64,000 bases of DNA from a candidate division TM6 bacterium GW2011_GWF2_28_16 (GCA_001029715.1 CP011212.1:769066-833065); one strand, 5' to 3'; shown: positions 48,646 through 59,826, counted from the stretch's first letter. Made by a program: numbers and translations. Notes: generated by a model not told the origin, from the sequence alone.

Positions 48646-51193
48646 TTAAAGCTGAAATTTTTGTAGCTCTATAAGACGGATACATACCTGTAGCAACAGC
48701 GATAATGAAAGAAAGTGCCACTACACCCGCACCTAAATAAAATGGGATATAAACCAATTGAATGTAGCCGAGCCCTTTAGTTACAGAAATCATTGATAAA
48801 ATCAAACTAACCAATTGACCTGCCAAGGAACTAATTAAAAGTCCACACACCCCTCCAGACAAACCCATAACAATCGACTCTGCCAAAAATAAACGTTTCA
48901 CTTCATTTGATTTCATACCAATAGCCTTCATTAAGCCAACTTCTCTAGTTTTCTCCAAAAGTGAAACTGTTAGCGTATTAAACATTCCAAGCGCAGCAAC
49001 ACTTAAGGCCACCATGCCTAAAATTGAAAGCACAAACCTCACAGTATCAAACAAATCATTAATCTTACCCACTGTATCTACTACTGAGCTAGTTTGAAAA
49101 CCACTGGATTCAATACTTTGACGAATTTGATCAATTTTGTTTTGATCTTTAACTACAACTTTAATTTGAGAATAATTTTCTACTCCTAGACCCTTAATAT
49201 CATTAAATGGCATATAAAAAGCTGGCGTTTTTTCATCAGGAATAACAGCTACAATTGTAAAATCAGTTGGAGCAGATTCTGCCTGATAATCTGCCTTAGA
49301 AAAGAATTCTTGATCAAGCATAAAAGTAGTGTTAAAAACTTTCCCAACTGCATCAGCTTCATCAATTGCTAAAATTTTGAGCATAGCTCTATTAACTACG
49401 GCAACTTTTTGTGCCGACTCACGTAAAGGAATAACTTCTCTTTTTGTAATTGAAGCAGATGAAGAACCATCGCCCATACTATTCCAGTCCAAAGTACCAT
49501 CAGGCAATTGTTGCGCCATCAAAATAGTTCCATCTGCTAAAGCAATCTGACCACTATCGCTAGCCTCTTCTGAATCACTAGCTAAAGCACTTCCACTTGA
49601 TGAAGCACTGTTGGCAAGAGCACTCTCAATATTCTCTGCCAAAGATGCGCTAGCAGTTGATTCTCCTAAAACTTGACCGAACATTAGTGGTTCATCCATA
49701 TCTTCAATTAATACTCTATCTGCTCTTATATATGCTATTGCTTCTTTTTGTTTATTGTTGTCATCTAAATCTCTTAAATAAGTGTTATCACAAGTCTCTC
49801 CGCAATCAACTTTCTTCCAAAGTGGCAAACTCGCTCTCACCCAATAACCGACATTTTTGCCATTAACATTGCTGCCTACATTGCCCCAACCACTCTCGCT
49901 GTAATAAGATTCTCCATAAACTAATTCTCCAGAAATTAATAAATCATTTGTTTGAGAAGCATAAGTATTAAGAATCTGTTTGTCTTTAAAAACATCCGAG
50001 TAAAGTTCAATATATTTATTTTTGCCAATACTAAAGCTAATTGACTCGACTGTATCTCCCTCTATAAAACTTGGAAAAGCCGAAGCTAAAACTTTATATC
50101 GATCAATACTCATACTATCCTCAGTCATGTATCCTTGAATCAATTCTTGTCCATTTCCAGATTTAATAACTTGATACTTGCCGTCTACACAACCAAGCTC
50201 ATTTTCATCACAGATTCCACTCTTCCAGAGTGGCACAGTATCAACTATCCATGGACTGAAAACATTACTAAACAAATCGATGCCTTCGATTAAAGGTTCG
50301 CTGGTCTCATAAGACTCCCCCCAAACCTCACTTGCTTCAACATCTCCAACTCCTCTACTCGTGTAACCAAGAATTTTGGATTTTGTACTAGGCTCCGTAT
50401 AAACTGGCTTCCAAACCAATGGATAAATTGAGTAACGAGCTTGAGATAGCTCCTTTCCCAATTTTGCGCCACTCAAACGTTTAATAACTGCACCAGCAAC
50501 CTGACCAACAACATCGTCGTTTGATTCTATTTCTGCGGAGAGCTCCTTGTCTTCAAAAAGCGTCCCTTTAACTGGCTGAATAGCCGATTGTTGCAAAAAT
50601 TCTTTAGTTACTCCGTAAGCAACTACATCTGAAACAGAGTTGTTATAATTAACTTTAGAGACAATAGAAATCATTGGAATAACTAGCTCCACTCCTTCAA
50701 TATTTTTTAAATCATCCAAAGTTTTATCATTGATCGTTAAAGAAGCAGATTGACCGATGGTGACATTAATCTGTTTCATTTCATCTAATCTAGCTACTCT
50801 CGAAATAACTAGTTTTTGGACGCCATAGCCTAAAGATAATAAAAACACCACTGCTCCAAAGCCAATAGCCATGCCACCAATAGTAATAATAGTGCGGGTC
50901 TTCTTTAATTTTAAATGTCTGACAGCTAAATGTACTAAATCTAAAGAAGAAATTTCGCCCTCATCTTTGGAGTTAAGAGGTCCAATGATTTTTTTATAAA
51001 TAGTTTTAACTGGTTTTCTAAATGGGTTAGCAAGAATTCTAATAATTGGCCAATGACTAATAAATTTCAGAACATCAAAAAAAAGATAAATAATGACAAT
51101 TAAGAAAAAACGTAAGAAAAAGAACAACTCCTTAACAAAAGCAATGTAATTAAAACTCTTAAGCTTGGAAAGAAAGGATTTTAGTTTTGTCAT
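48626..51193 (-). CDS. MacB/FtsX-like ABC permease with a very large extracytoplasmic insert
   Basis: RT..TIGGMAIG, EKTREVGLMKAIG..FLAES and YPSYRA.KI..LNALRYE motifs. Confidence 0.92.
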   Translation of the reverse strand: MTKLKSFLSKLKSFNYIAFVKELFFFLRFFLIVIIYLFFDVLKFISHWPIIRILANPFRKPVKTIYKKIIGPLNSKDEGEISSLDLVHLAVRHLKLKKTRTIITIGGMAIGFGAVVFLLSLGYGVQKLVISRVARLDEMKQINVTIGQSASLTINDKTLDDLKNIEGVELVIPMISIVSKVNYNNSVSDVVAYGVTKEFLQQSAIQPVKGTLFEDKELSAEIESNDDVVGQVAGAVIKRLSGAKLGKELSQARYSIYPLVWKPVYTEPSTKSKILGYTSRGVGDVEASEVWGESYETSEPLIEGIDLFSNVFSPWIVDTVPLWKSGICDENELGCVDGKYQVIKSGNGQELIQGYMTEDSMSIDRYKVLASAFPSFIEGDTVESISFSIGKNKYIELYSDVFKDKQILNTYASQTNDLLISGELVYGESYYSESGWGNVGSNVNGKNVGYWVRASLPLWKKVDCGETCDNTYLRDLDDNNKQKEAIAYIRADRVLIEDMDEPLMFGQVLGESTASASLAENIESALANSASSSGSALASDSEEASDSGQIALADGTILMAQQLPDGTLDWNSMGDGSSSASITKREVIPLRESAQKVAVVNRAMLKILAIDEADAVGKVFNTTFMLDQEFFSKADYQAESAPTDFTIVAVIPDEKTPAFYMPFNDIKGLGVENYSQIKVVVKDQNKIDQIRQSIESSGFQTSSVVDTVGKINDLFDTVRFVLSILGMVALSVAALGMFNTLTVSLLEKTREVGLMKAIGMKSNEVKRLFLAESIVMGLSGGVCGLLISSLAGQLVSLILSMISVTKGLGYIQLVYIPFYLGAGVVALSFIIAVATGMYPSYRATKISALNALRYE

Positions 51194-51945
51194 GACTTTT
51201 CTGCCCTTCCTATATTACCTCTTTTAGAAACGCTGAGTTTTTTTAGACGCTCATCATTGGCTGAATACTCACCAACTACAACTCCATCGGCCATATTAAC
51301 AGATCTTGAAGCAAACTTAAGATATTCCAAATCGTGAGTAACCATAATGACTGTTTTTCCCTTATCATTAGATTGCTTAAATAAGGCCATAATGTCTTCA
51401 CTAGCTTTTGAATCCAAATTACCAGTTGGCTCGTCTGCCACGATCAAAGCTGGATCAGAAATCAAAGCTCTAGCTAAAGAAACACGTTGCTGCTGACCAG
51501 ATGAAAGTTCGGCAGGATTTTGGAGAGCACCTTGCTCCATGCCAACCATTTTTAAAACTTCCATCGCTCGTTTTTCTCTTTCTTCTTCTGGCAAACCACG
51601 CAGAGTTAAAGGGAAGTATACATTTTCAATAACGTTGAGCGATTTTACCCAGTTAGATTGCTGATAAATAATTCCAACCTGTTGCTTTCGCATTTGCGCA
51701 CGTCCATCTTCGTCAAAAGCATCGTAAATATTCTTGCCTAAGAAAATTACTTCTCCTTTGGTTGGAGGCTCCAAACCAAGCAAAATATTTAGCATAGTGC
51801 TCTTACCACAACCAGAGGGACCAAATAAAATCAAAAAATCACCCTTATTAACTGAAAAACCAGCTCCTTTAATAATCTGAGTTTCCTGAGTTCCCAGATT
51901 AAATGATTTATGAATTTCAGTTAGTTTAAGTATTTGTTCTGCCAT
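51190..51945 (-). CDS. ABC ATP-binding protein (LolD/MacB type)
   Basis: GPSGCGKST, LSSGQQQR, ADEPTGNLD and VTHD motifs. Confidence 0.95.
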   Translation of the reverse strand: MAEQILKLTEIHKSFNLGTQETQIIKGAGFSVNKGDFLILFGPSGCGKSTMLNILLGLEPPTKGEVIFLGKNIYDAFDEDGRAQMRKQQVGIIYQQSNWVKSLNVIENVYFPLTLRGLPEEEREKRAMEVLKMVGMEQGALQNPAELSSGQQQRVSLARALISDPALIVADEPTGNLDSKASEDIMALFKQSNDKGKTVIMVTHDLEYLKFASRSVNMADGVVVGEYSANDERLKKLSVSKRGNIGRAEKS

Positions 51946-51952
51946 TTTATTT

Positions 51953-52342
51953 TTATTCTATTTTCGTTGGATCAAAATTAATTTTTTTAACTTCCGACCA
52001 CAAAAATGGACTGTCTTTATCAGTATGCAAAGATAGATAAAAGCCATCGGCTGGAATATCAGTTAGTAGAACTGCATGAATTGTTCCAGGAACACTGCTT
52101 GTTTGCTGTGCGACTTGTGAAAGGTTGGTTTCACTTTCTCCATACTTTGCAAAACCAATAGATTCTTTTTCTGAAGTCCAAAAAATAATAGCCTGATGAG
52201 GATCTACAAAAGTTACTTCAAAATGGTTCTCAATTTGGCGCTGTTGTTTATTAAAGATAAAAATTGACAATAAAAGCCCAGTTATAAAAGCCAAGCTTAG
52301 AACGATTAAAGCAATTTTTTGCTTTATATTTAATATTTTCAT
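51953..52342 (-). CDS. Small membrane-anchored FN3-like protein
   Basis: N-terminal TM, then AIIFWTS...YG...H.V.L, like the FN3 repeats of the upstream giant protein. Confidence 0.7.
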   Translation of the reverse strand: MKILNIKQKIALIVLSLAFITGLLLSIFIFNKQQRQIENHFEVTFVDPHQAIIFWTSEKESIGFAKYGESETNLSQVAQQTSSVPGTIHAVLLTDIPADGFYLSLHTDKDSPFLWSEVKKINFDPTKIE

Positions 52343-52344
52343 TT

Positions 52345-55300
52345 TTACTTAGTTCCTAAAAATCCAAATATCAAAGACATATTGGAAACCACCAAATCTA
52401 AGGCATTGTCCGTAGCTTTTGGAGTAATTACTACTTTATCAACTGACTCTCCCACATTACTATACTGATCTTTTGATAAGGCTCGCAAGTGATAAACCTT
52501 CGATGGAGTTAATCCAGAAATAACAACTATATGGTGACTTGTTAAGGAAGCATCTTCTTGAGTTTTTTGTGAATAAGTTGAACCACTACCCTCTCCAAAC
52601 TCAATTTGGGCAGATGCTGGTTCATCCGTGTTAAACGAAACTAATAATTGAGCGGTTGATTCTTCTCCTACTCCAAGAATTTCTCCTTCCACTCTGAGAT
52701 CACTAATTTGAGGAGGCCTACTATCTGCCGAGGTTGCAATCTGTTGGAACTCACCAACAGCTTCATTACCAACGGCATCTTTACCTTTGATTAAAATTCC
52801 ATAAGTTGTCTGTGAATCAAGATCATAAATAATCATTTGATGTTTACCAGACTTAAGAGCAAGATTGACTTCGTCTTTGGCTGCCCCCGGAGCGGTAACT
52901 GGATAATAGGTTACAATTGAAGAAATACTGGTGTTTGATTCCCAAGTAACTAATAGAGTCGATCTAGCAGTCCCTTTAACTTGACTCACTTTAATATTTT
53001 TGATTTTTGGTCTTGGTAAAGTTTCGAATGAATGAATTTCACCCTCATATTCTTCACCCTCTGAGTCAAAAGAGTTAATTTTGTAATAATATTTAGTGCC
53101 ATCTTTCAAGTCTGAAAGTTGCACAGTGTGCGTACCCTCTCCAGAGCCAGTCACTACATTTTCGATTCCGCCAAAAGCAGATGATTCACCAAAATAAACT
53201 CTAACGCTAGCAGCATTTTTTGATATAAATTGAATTAAAGCACTGTCCAAACCCATACTTTTTACCTGAGGTTCTTCTGTTGTTGGAGCTGGCTCTGTAA
53301 CAAAAGTTGCTTCAGCAGACTCACCAGTGTTTCCATCTTCATCCGTCCATTTAGCAATATAATAGTAAGTAGTTCCCGGAGAAAGGTTGAGTAAGTTTAA
53401 TGCATGATTAGTTGCTTGAATGGAATTTGAAACTTCTTCATCAAAATAATCACCAGGACTCGTTCCATAAGATATCCTCGAATCAGCTGTTCTTGCTGTG
53501 GACCAAGCAACAGAAGCTTTTTTAGTGGTCACATTTGAAACCACTGGCTCAGATACTAGACCAGCTGGTTCAATAAATTTTCCATCTGGAAATAATTCAA
53601 CCACTTCAGAAAATGCACCACAATTATTAGTGCTATCACAAACTTTGACTTTGTAATAATACTCTTGCTGAATCAAACCAGTATCAACGTAAGAAATACC
53701 ACCACTAGTAGCTATTTGAGCAAATGTTTCACCATCTATTGATCGATAAATAGCATAATGATCAGAAATACCACCCTCCGACGGAGCTTCCCAAGACAAA
53801 GCAATCTTCCAAGAGCTAGTGGCTTTAACAGAAACATCAGCAATATCCATATTAAGTGGAATTCCTGGAGCAGTGGTGTCTGCTGTAAAGATAACCGACG
53901 CATAATTTGAGTAATTTATGTTTCCCGCTTCGTCTTTAGTCACAATATAAAGAACATTTTCACCTGGTAAAGTTGCATAAGCCCCAGCAACTAAATTTCT
54001 TACACTAGTTCCAGTGGTACTATGGGCTGTTGGCAATGCATTAATACTGTAATAATAAGACAAATTAGAAACTGAGCCATAATAAGTTCCTGTTGCTGGA
54101 GGATCCCAACTAAAAGCAAAGGAATTTTCCGTATTAGATGATGGCGTGACTACTAAATTAGTTGGAGGTGCTGGAGCATTGCCGCTATCTACATAATAAT
54201 ATGGTGTAGATGCGTAATCACTATAGTTACCAGCCTCATCTTTACTACGAACATAAAAAGTATTCGCTCCCACTTTATGTGAAGGTATACCAGTGACAGA
54301 AGTGCTAGTGATACATTGATCTTCTGCATAAGTTCCTGAAGTGGCAGCAGTTTTATAACAATATCCAGTAATCTGTGCTCCACTGCTGGTGGACTCACTC
54401 CAAGAAAAATCAAAACTATCCGTAGCTGAATAGCCAGATGGATCAGCCGATAAATCAGCTGGAGCGGCTGGGGGTCGCGAATCATATTTATAAATGAAAG
54501 GTGCCCAAGCTTCTGCTGAAACATTTCCAGCATTATCAATCGTCTTAACTCTCAAATAATAAGTCTCTCCATCGGTCAAATTGCTAGCAGAATAGTTGCT
54601 ATCAACTTGAAGCGAACCGTCTTCTTCTGGATTTGCTGATGAATTTGTTCCAAAGTAAACATAATATCCAGCTACCCCTGAACCAGTACTTGTATCAGAA
54701 GCTCCATCTGTAGATTCTGCATCTGGCCAATCAAAATATGGATTACTATGCCCATACCAATTTGAGGAAACTATTGCCGTTCCAGGATCACTATTGCTAT
54801 AAGTAGCTAAACCAGAAGTTTGTGGATTTGTTGGCGCAGAAGTGTCTTTGTAATAATTAACCGTATAATCATTAATAACGCCAGAATAGACGCCATCTGA
54901 TGATGAAAGTTCAAATTTTATTTCAAGGTAACGAGCTGCTGGAGACTTAATTTCATAAATATAGCTTGAACCATTCTTCTTCTCAGAGGCTACTGCAGTC
55001 CAAGACGACCAAGTACTATTGTCAGCAGAACTGCGTGTTTTAATGCTAAGAGAAGCGTTATTTGCTAAAACATAATCAACTTGTAAATTTATCCATTTGT
55101 AGACTGAATCTAAATCGTGAGAAACAGAAGTATAAGTTCCCTCTTCTTCAAAAGAAGAAGTAGCTGTCTCCATAATGTATGTATAAATTCCATTGTCATA
55201 ACCACCAGTGCCGGTACCAGATAGCATAAAAACTTTGTCCACTCCATTACTTTCACCAGATCCACCAACATAAATTTTAGAGGGTGCATTGCCTAATTGA

Positions 55301-58300
55301 GTCCAATTGTTATCTACCACTGAATATTTATAAAAATCATTATCATTTTCACCTCTAGCAGCATAGATATTTCCATCTCCACCGTAAGTCGCGAAGCCAT
55401 CATTGTAAACATCTATATTCAGGTCGCTAACAGCTGGATCACTCCAAGTATTGCTTGCAATGTCATAGCGATAAAAAGGATTATTGGCTACGTTTTGGCC
55501 CCTTAAGGTATAAATATAGTTATTACCATCAAAAACCAGCTCAGCTCCATAACCCAAACCAGCAGGCGAAGCAGTCATAGTAGACCATTTGCTACCAGCA
55601 CTACCCTGCGTATCAAATCTATAGAAAGTAGTATTTGCTCCACCCCTATTTAAATAAATATAACGAGATCCGTCATAAGCCATAGAGCTACCATAATCTG
55701 TAACAGCAAGAGTTGGATCATCAACTTCTTCAGACCAAGTATTCGAAGCAATGTTATAAACATAAAATCTTTGTAAATAATAGCCACCAGTTAGATAAAT
55801 TTTATTTTGCGTACTATCATAAACTAATGAAGATCCAGAATAAGTCCCAGTAGGAGTTGAAGCCAGTTTTTGCATTGACCCAGTGCTCGAATCATAACGC
55901 ACAAAATCATCTGAATAGTTTCCTTTGGTTAGATAAAAATAATTACCATCACCCTTAACAAGATCTTCTCCATAGCCAGGATATACATAGTCCGTACCTT
56001 GATATGTTGTCCCGAACAAACCTACATTAGGGATTAGCCAGCTATCCTTTGAAACACTATATTTATAAAAATTAGTTCTATTGCCACCAATAATGGCATA
56101 TAAACTGTCACCAACATTTTTAAGATTGGCTCCATAATAAAAGGTGTATGGGGCTGAAGAAACCTCCTCCCAAGTTTGATCTGAAGTTTTAAACTTATAC
56201 ATCTTGTCAGAATAATAACCAGGAACAAAATAAACTGCCTCCGCGCTTGGAACGTATTCTATTGACGATCCTAAATAAGATAATTGAGGTAAATCTGGCA
56301 GAACCGCCCAAGAATTTGAGTTCATATTATAAACAGCAAACCCATCGCGAATATTACCTTGAGTAGCATAAACAAAACCATTTTCTCTATCTATTGCTAG
56401 GTCAGCTCCAATATAAGCACTATTATTAACAGCATTGGTAGTAGCACCAAAATCTAAGTTTGATAAAGATTCCCAACTATCCCCAACAGCGTCATATCTC
56501 CAAAAAGCATCATCATTATTTCCACGCATTACATAAACGTGTCCAGAACCGTCATATTCCATGGAAGCACCATAATAAACTGCTAAAGGGGCGTCACTTG
56601 CATCTTCATCACTCCAAATATTGTTTTCTATGTCATAACGATAAAATGAAGAAGTATTATTACCACGCAAACCATAAAGATAACCGTCTGGTCCTTCCAC
56701 TACTCCACCGCCAATATAAATATTTCCTGGAGCATTAGCTAAAGTCGACCAAGTATCACTAGCTAGATCGTAACCATAAAAAGTTGCTACATTTGCACCT
56801 CTAAAAGCAAAAAGCTTGTTTAATGATGCAACGTAGGCTGTATTTTTTGCTCCATATTGCATAGTTGCTGGAACATTACTTAATGGCTCTTGTAACCAAA
56901 AACCTCCCTCTCTGCTAGCTAATTTTAGTTGATTATTGCCTGTGTTAATTTCATCAGCAGTACCAACAAAATCAGTTATTGTTAAACTTTGCGGTGGCGA
57001 AATACCTGCATAAACATAAGTGAATATTGTGCTTGCATCACTAATATTCCCATAGCTATCTTTTGTTTTAATTCTTAAATAATAAGAACCAGTACTTAAG
57101 CTTTCAGTTACAGTGTAATTACTATTTGTCTGAAAAAATCCTACTGATTCTGGATCAGCTACTTCATTACTACCAAAATAAACATAATATCCAGCAACCT
57201 CAGATTGCGCATCGGTTGCTCCACTCCATGAGAAGTAGGGGCGAATATAATTATATGTTTCTCCACTAGTCAGTGCTATACCAGCAACCTGCTGAGAGAG
57301 ACCACTAATGGCATCTGGATTGCTTGGTGCCAAAGTATCACCTGCATAAGAAATACTAATCTCACTTAACGTCGGGCTACTAGCAGAGCCGCTTGAAGCC
57401 ACCAGTGTTGCTTTAACCTGAATAAATCTTTGAGCTGGAGAAGAAATCACTCCGCTCGCCACAACAACCCAATCACTCCAAGATAAAGCGTCACTACTAG
57501 TTCTAGTTTCATAAATAATACTGCTATCGTCTGGAGTTGATGAGGTAGCAGAAAAAGCAGTAAAACTAGAAACGTAAGCTAGATCTTTAATTTCAGAGGT
57601 CCATGATCCAGTGGCATAATACTTATTTGCTGCAGGAGTATAAGTGAGAATATTTTGGCGACCATTTCCATAAGAAATATAAAAAGAATTATTGCTATCA
57701 TATTCAATAGAAGCACCTGCATAAACTCCATTATCCTGAGCATAATAACCAGGAATACTCTGCAATTTCCTCCAATTATCTAAAGAAATATTGTACTCAT
57801 AAATGTCTTTTTTGTACCAACCTGCCAAAGCAACAATTTTTCCATCATGGTAAGCAAGATCGGTGCCGTAAAATGGAGCAAATGGAGGCTTAGCAACTTC
57901 TGTCCATACATTGTCATTAATTGTATATTTAAAAAATCTGCTAATACCAACTCCAGGAATATAGAATATATCAGTACCATCAGAGATAAGACGAGAACCA
58001 TACGAAGACTCTGCATCCACAGGTAAATCAGCCACTGAGACATCATCCCAAGAGTTTCCAGAAATACTGTATCTCCAAAAAGAATTAGTGGTAGCTCCAC
58101 GCGTTGCATAGATATAATCTCCAGAACCAGGATAGGATAGAGCTCCTCCAAAACGCACTGTAGTTGGCGGAGCAGTCATCGTAGTCCAACTGTCTCCTGA
58201 AGGACTGTATCTATAAAAACTATTAGTGTTCCCGCCTCTAAAAAAATAAAGATCAGAACCAGCTACTACTCCTTTGACATCATCTGTCATTGTTCCTGGA

Positions 58301-59463
58301 GTAGCGGTTAAGGTGGTCCAAACATTGGCGGAAGGATCATATTTATAAAATGTAGAGTTTGCACCACGCAATACATACATGTCATCATCGTAATAAACGA
58401 TATCACTACCTGTGGATAGAGTGCCTGGAGCATCATCAACGCCAATAAACGAATTTGTTGCTGGATCGTATTTCCAAAAATTGTATGTTCCATTTCCTTG
58501 AAAAACATAAACATAACCATCATTGCTGTTATAGATAGAACCAGCATAACGGGAAACTGCTGGGAGATTGGCTAAAGTTGACCAAGTATTTGAAACAATG
58601 TCATAAGCATAAAAAGAATTTGTTCCACTCTGTCTGGTAACATAAATTTTGCTGCCATCGGTGGAAATTTCAACGTCTTCATTAATTGTGACCGGTAAAA
58701 CAGCCATTGTTGCCCAAATGTTAGCGGTTAGGTCATATCTATAAAATGTGTTTGTATTACTTCCACGAGGCGTGTACAAATAATTCCCCACTCTAACCAA
58801 ATCTGATCCAGAAGAAGTTGTAGCTGGAGTACCAGCCATAGGACTCCAAGAATTATTGCCAACGTCGTATTTATAAAAATCTTGTGTACCACCCGAACGG
58901 AGAGCATAGATACTCGTGCCATCATTTTCCAAACTGGCTCCAGAGTAAATCAGATCTGGCAAATCGCTCAACATTTCCCAAGAATCATTAGCCACCGAAT
59001 AACGAGCAAAAGCAGTTTGATAGCCACCAAACATGGCATAAACATAACCATCCATATATTCCAACTCTGATCCGTAGTAAGTTCCTCTCGGCAAATTAGC
59101 CAAAGTAGTCCATTTATCATTTTCAGGAGAATATTTCCAAAATAGAACATCTCCAGTTCCTCTTGAAACATAAATATCTTCACCATCAAAGGCTAAAGCC
59201 GTACCTGCGCTTAAAGTAAGATCTGGAGCTCTCCAACTTTTTGCTCCAAAAGTTCCAGCTGCACTTATTGAAACATCTCCTTCTTTGATAGAAAAATCTA
59301 AATTTAGATTTGTCCCAGCATCCCAATCAGAACTAGTAGTAAAAAATGTTTCTGAGGCCCTAACTGGAAATTCATAAAAAAGTAAATTTAAGGCAAAAAA
59401 AGACATCACAACAAAAGCAATTCTCAACACAAAAAACTCGCGATTGTTGAATCCCGAAACCAT
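52345..59463 (-). CDS. Giant 2372-aa surface protein: two Kelch-like beta-propeller arrays plus multiple FN3/Ig domains
   Basis: Signal-like N-terminus; many IY..RG....F.RY....N.W repeats; FN3 motifs such as L.PGTTYYY. Confidence 0.9.
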   Translation of the reverse strand: MVSGFNNREFFVLRIAFVVMSFFALNLLFYEFPVRASETFFTTSSDWDAGTNLNLDFSIKEGDVSISAAGTFGAKSWRAPDLTLSAGTALAFDGEDIYVSRGTGDVLFWKYSPENDKWTTLANLPRGTYYGSELEYMDGYVYAMFGGYQTAFARYSVANDSWEMLSDLPDLIYSGASLENDGTSIYALRSGGTQDFYKYDVGNNSWSPMAGTPATTSSGSDLVRVGNYLYTPRGSNTNTFYRYDLTANIWATMAVLPVTINEDVEISTDGSKIYVTRQSGTNSFYAYDIVSNTWSTLANLPAVSRYAGSIYNSNDGYVYVFQGNGTYNFWKYDPATNSFIGVDDAPGTLSTGSDIVYYDDDMYVLRGANSTFYKYDPSANVWTTLTATPGTMTDDVKGVVAGSDLYFFRGGNTNSFYRYSPSGDSWTTMTAPPTTVRFGGALSYPGSGDYIYATRGATTNSFWRYSISGNSWDDVSVADLPVDAESSYGSRLISDGTDIFYIPGVGISRFFKYTINDNVWTEVAKPPFAPFYGTDLAYHDGKIVALAGWYKKDIYEYNISLDNWRKLQSIPGYYAQDNGVYAGASIEYDSNNSFYISYGNGRQNILTYTPAANKYYATGSWTSEIKDLAYVSSFTAFSATSSTPDDSSIIYETRTSSDALSWSDWVVVASGVISSPAQRFIQVKATLVASSGSASSPTLSEISISYAGDTLAPSNPDAISGLSQQVAGIALTSGETYNYIRPYFSWSGATDAQSEVAGYYVYFGSNEVADPESVGFFQTNSNYTVTESLSTGSYYLRIKTKDSYGNISDASTIFTYVYAGISPPQSLTITDFVGTADEINTGNNQLKLASREGGFWLQEPLSNVPATMQYGAKNTAYVASLNKLFAFRGANVATFYGYDLASDTWSTLANAPGNIYIGGGVVEGPDGYLYGLRGNNTSSFYRYDIENNIWSDEDASDAPLAVYYGASMEYDGSGHVYVMRGNNDDAFWRYDAVGDSWESLSNLDFGATTNAVNNSAYIGADLAIDRENGFVYATQGNIRDGFAVYNMNSNSWAVLPDLPQLSYLGSSIEYVPSAEAVYFVPGYYSDKMYKFKTSDQTWEEVSSAPYTFYYGANLKNVGDSLYAIIGGNRTNFYKYSVSKDSWLIPNVGLFGTTYQGTDYVYPGYGEDLVKGDGNYFYLTKGNYSDDFVRYDSSTGSMQKLASTPTGTYSGSSLVYDSTQNKIYLTGGYYLQRFYVYNIASNTWSEEVDDPTLAVTDYGSSMAYDGSRYIYLNRGGANTTFYRFDTQGSAGSKWSTMTASPAGLGYGAELVFDGNNYIYTLRGQNVANNPFYRYDIASNTWSDPAVSDLNIDVYNDGFATYGGDGNIYAARGENDNDFYKYSVVDNNWTQLGNAPSKIYVGGSGESNGVDKVFMLSGTGTGGYDNGIYTYIMETATSSFEEEGTYTSVSHDLDSVYKWINLQVDYVLANNASLSIKTRSSADNSTWSSWTAVASEKKNGSSYIYEIKSPAARYLEIKFELSSSDGVYSGVINDYTVNYYKDTSAPTNPQTSGLATYSNSDPGTAIVSSNWYGHSNPYFDWPDAESTDGASDTSTGSGVAGYYVYFGTNSSANPEEDGSLQVDSNYSASNLTDGETYYLRVKTIDNAGNVSAEAWAPFIYKYDSRPPAAPADLSADPSGYSATDSFDFSWSESTSSGAQITGYCYKTAATSGTYAEDQCITSTSVTGIPSHKVGANTFYVRSKDEAGNYSDYASTPYYYVDSGNAPAPPTNLVVTPSSNTENSFAFSWDPPATGTYYGSVSNLSYYYSINALPTAHSTTGTSVRNLVAGAYATLPGENVLYIVTKDEAGNINYSNYASVIFTADTTAPGIPLNMDIADVSVKATSSWKIALSWEAPSEGGISDHYAIYRSIDGETFAQIATSGGISYVDTGLIQQEYYYKVKVCDSTNNCGAFSEVVELFPDGKFIEPAGLVSEPVVSNVTTKKASVAWSTARTADSRISYGTSPGDYFDEEVSNSIQATNHALNLLNLSPGTTYYYIAKWTDEDGNTGESAEATFVTEPAPTTEEPQVKSMGLDSALIQFISKNAASVRVYFGESSAFGGIENVVTGSGEGTHTVQLSDLKDGTKYYYKINSFDSEGEEYEGEIHSFETLPRPKIKNIKVSQVKGTARSTLLVTWESNTSISSIVTYYPVTAPGAAKDEVNLALKSGKHQMIIYDLDSQTTYGILIKGKDAVGNEAVGEFQQIATSADSRPPQISDLRVEGEILGVGEESTAQLLVSFNTDEPASAQIEFGEGSGSTYSQKTQEDASLTSHHIVVISGLTPSKVYHLRALSKDQYSNVGESVDKVVITPKATDNALDLVVSNMSLIFGFLGTK

Positions 59464-59687
59464 ATAATATTAATACTATATAATGTGAAAAAAGAAGTCG
59501 AGCCTATATTCTTTATAAAAAGGATCAAAATAGATCTAAATAGATAATTTTTGGAAAAATTGCTCAGTAAAAAAACAGCTATTTCTAAGCTTCTTCCAAA
59601 CTTCATCATTTATCACAAAAAATCGTCTTTTTAAGGGCCTTTTAAGCACTCTTTTCAAATTTGAAAAAAGATGTATAATTCACTTCT

Positions 59688-59790
59688 GTTCCAAAGACAG
59701 TGTGGCTCGAAAGAGTTAAAAATCGCACCGAGGAAAATAAATTTCTTTATTTTATCTCCCCTGCTTTTTCTCACATCTTTGGCACAAAAT
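59688..59790 (+). promoter_or_regulatory. L10 leader (rplJ-rplL autoregulatory RNA); boundaries approximate
   Basis: CCAAAGACAG..TTAAA..CACCGAGG signature upstream of rplJ. Confidence 0.75.
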
Positions 59791-59826
59791 TGAAAATAGA
59801 AAATTAGTAATTTTTGAAAGACTTTT

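Noticed and set aside
54189-59189. Alternative-frame and antisense ORFs inside the giant gene (and similar ones inside copA, topA, thrS, rplA, rplL)
   Set aside because: Shadow ORFs fully nested in well-supported genes, with no recognisable motifs.
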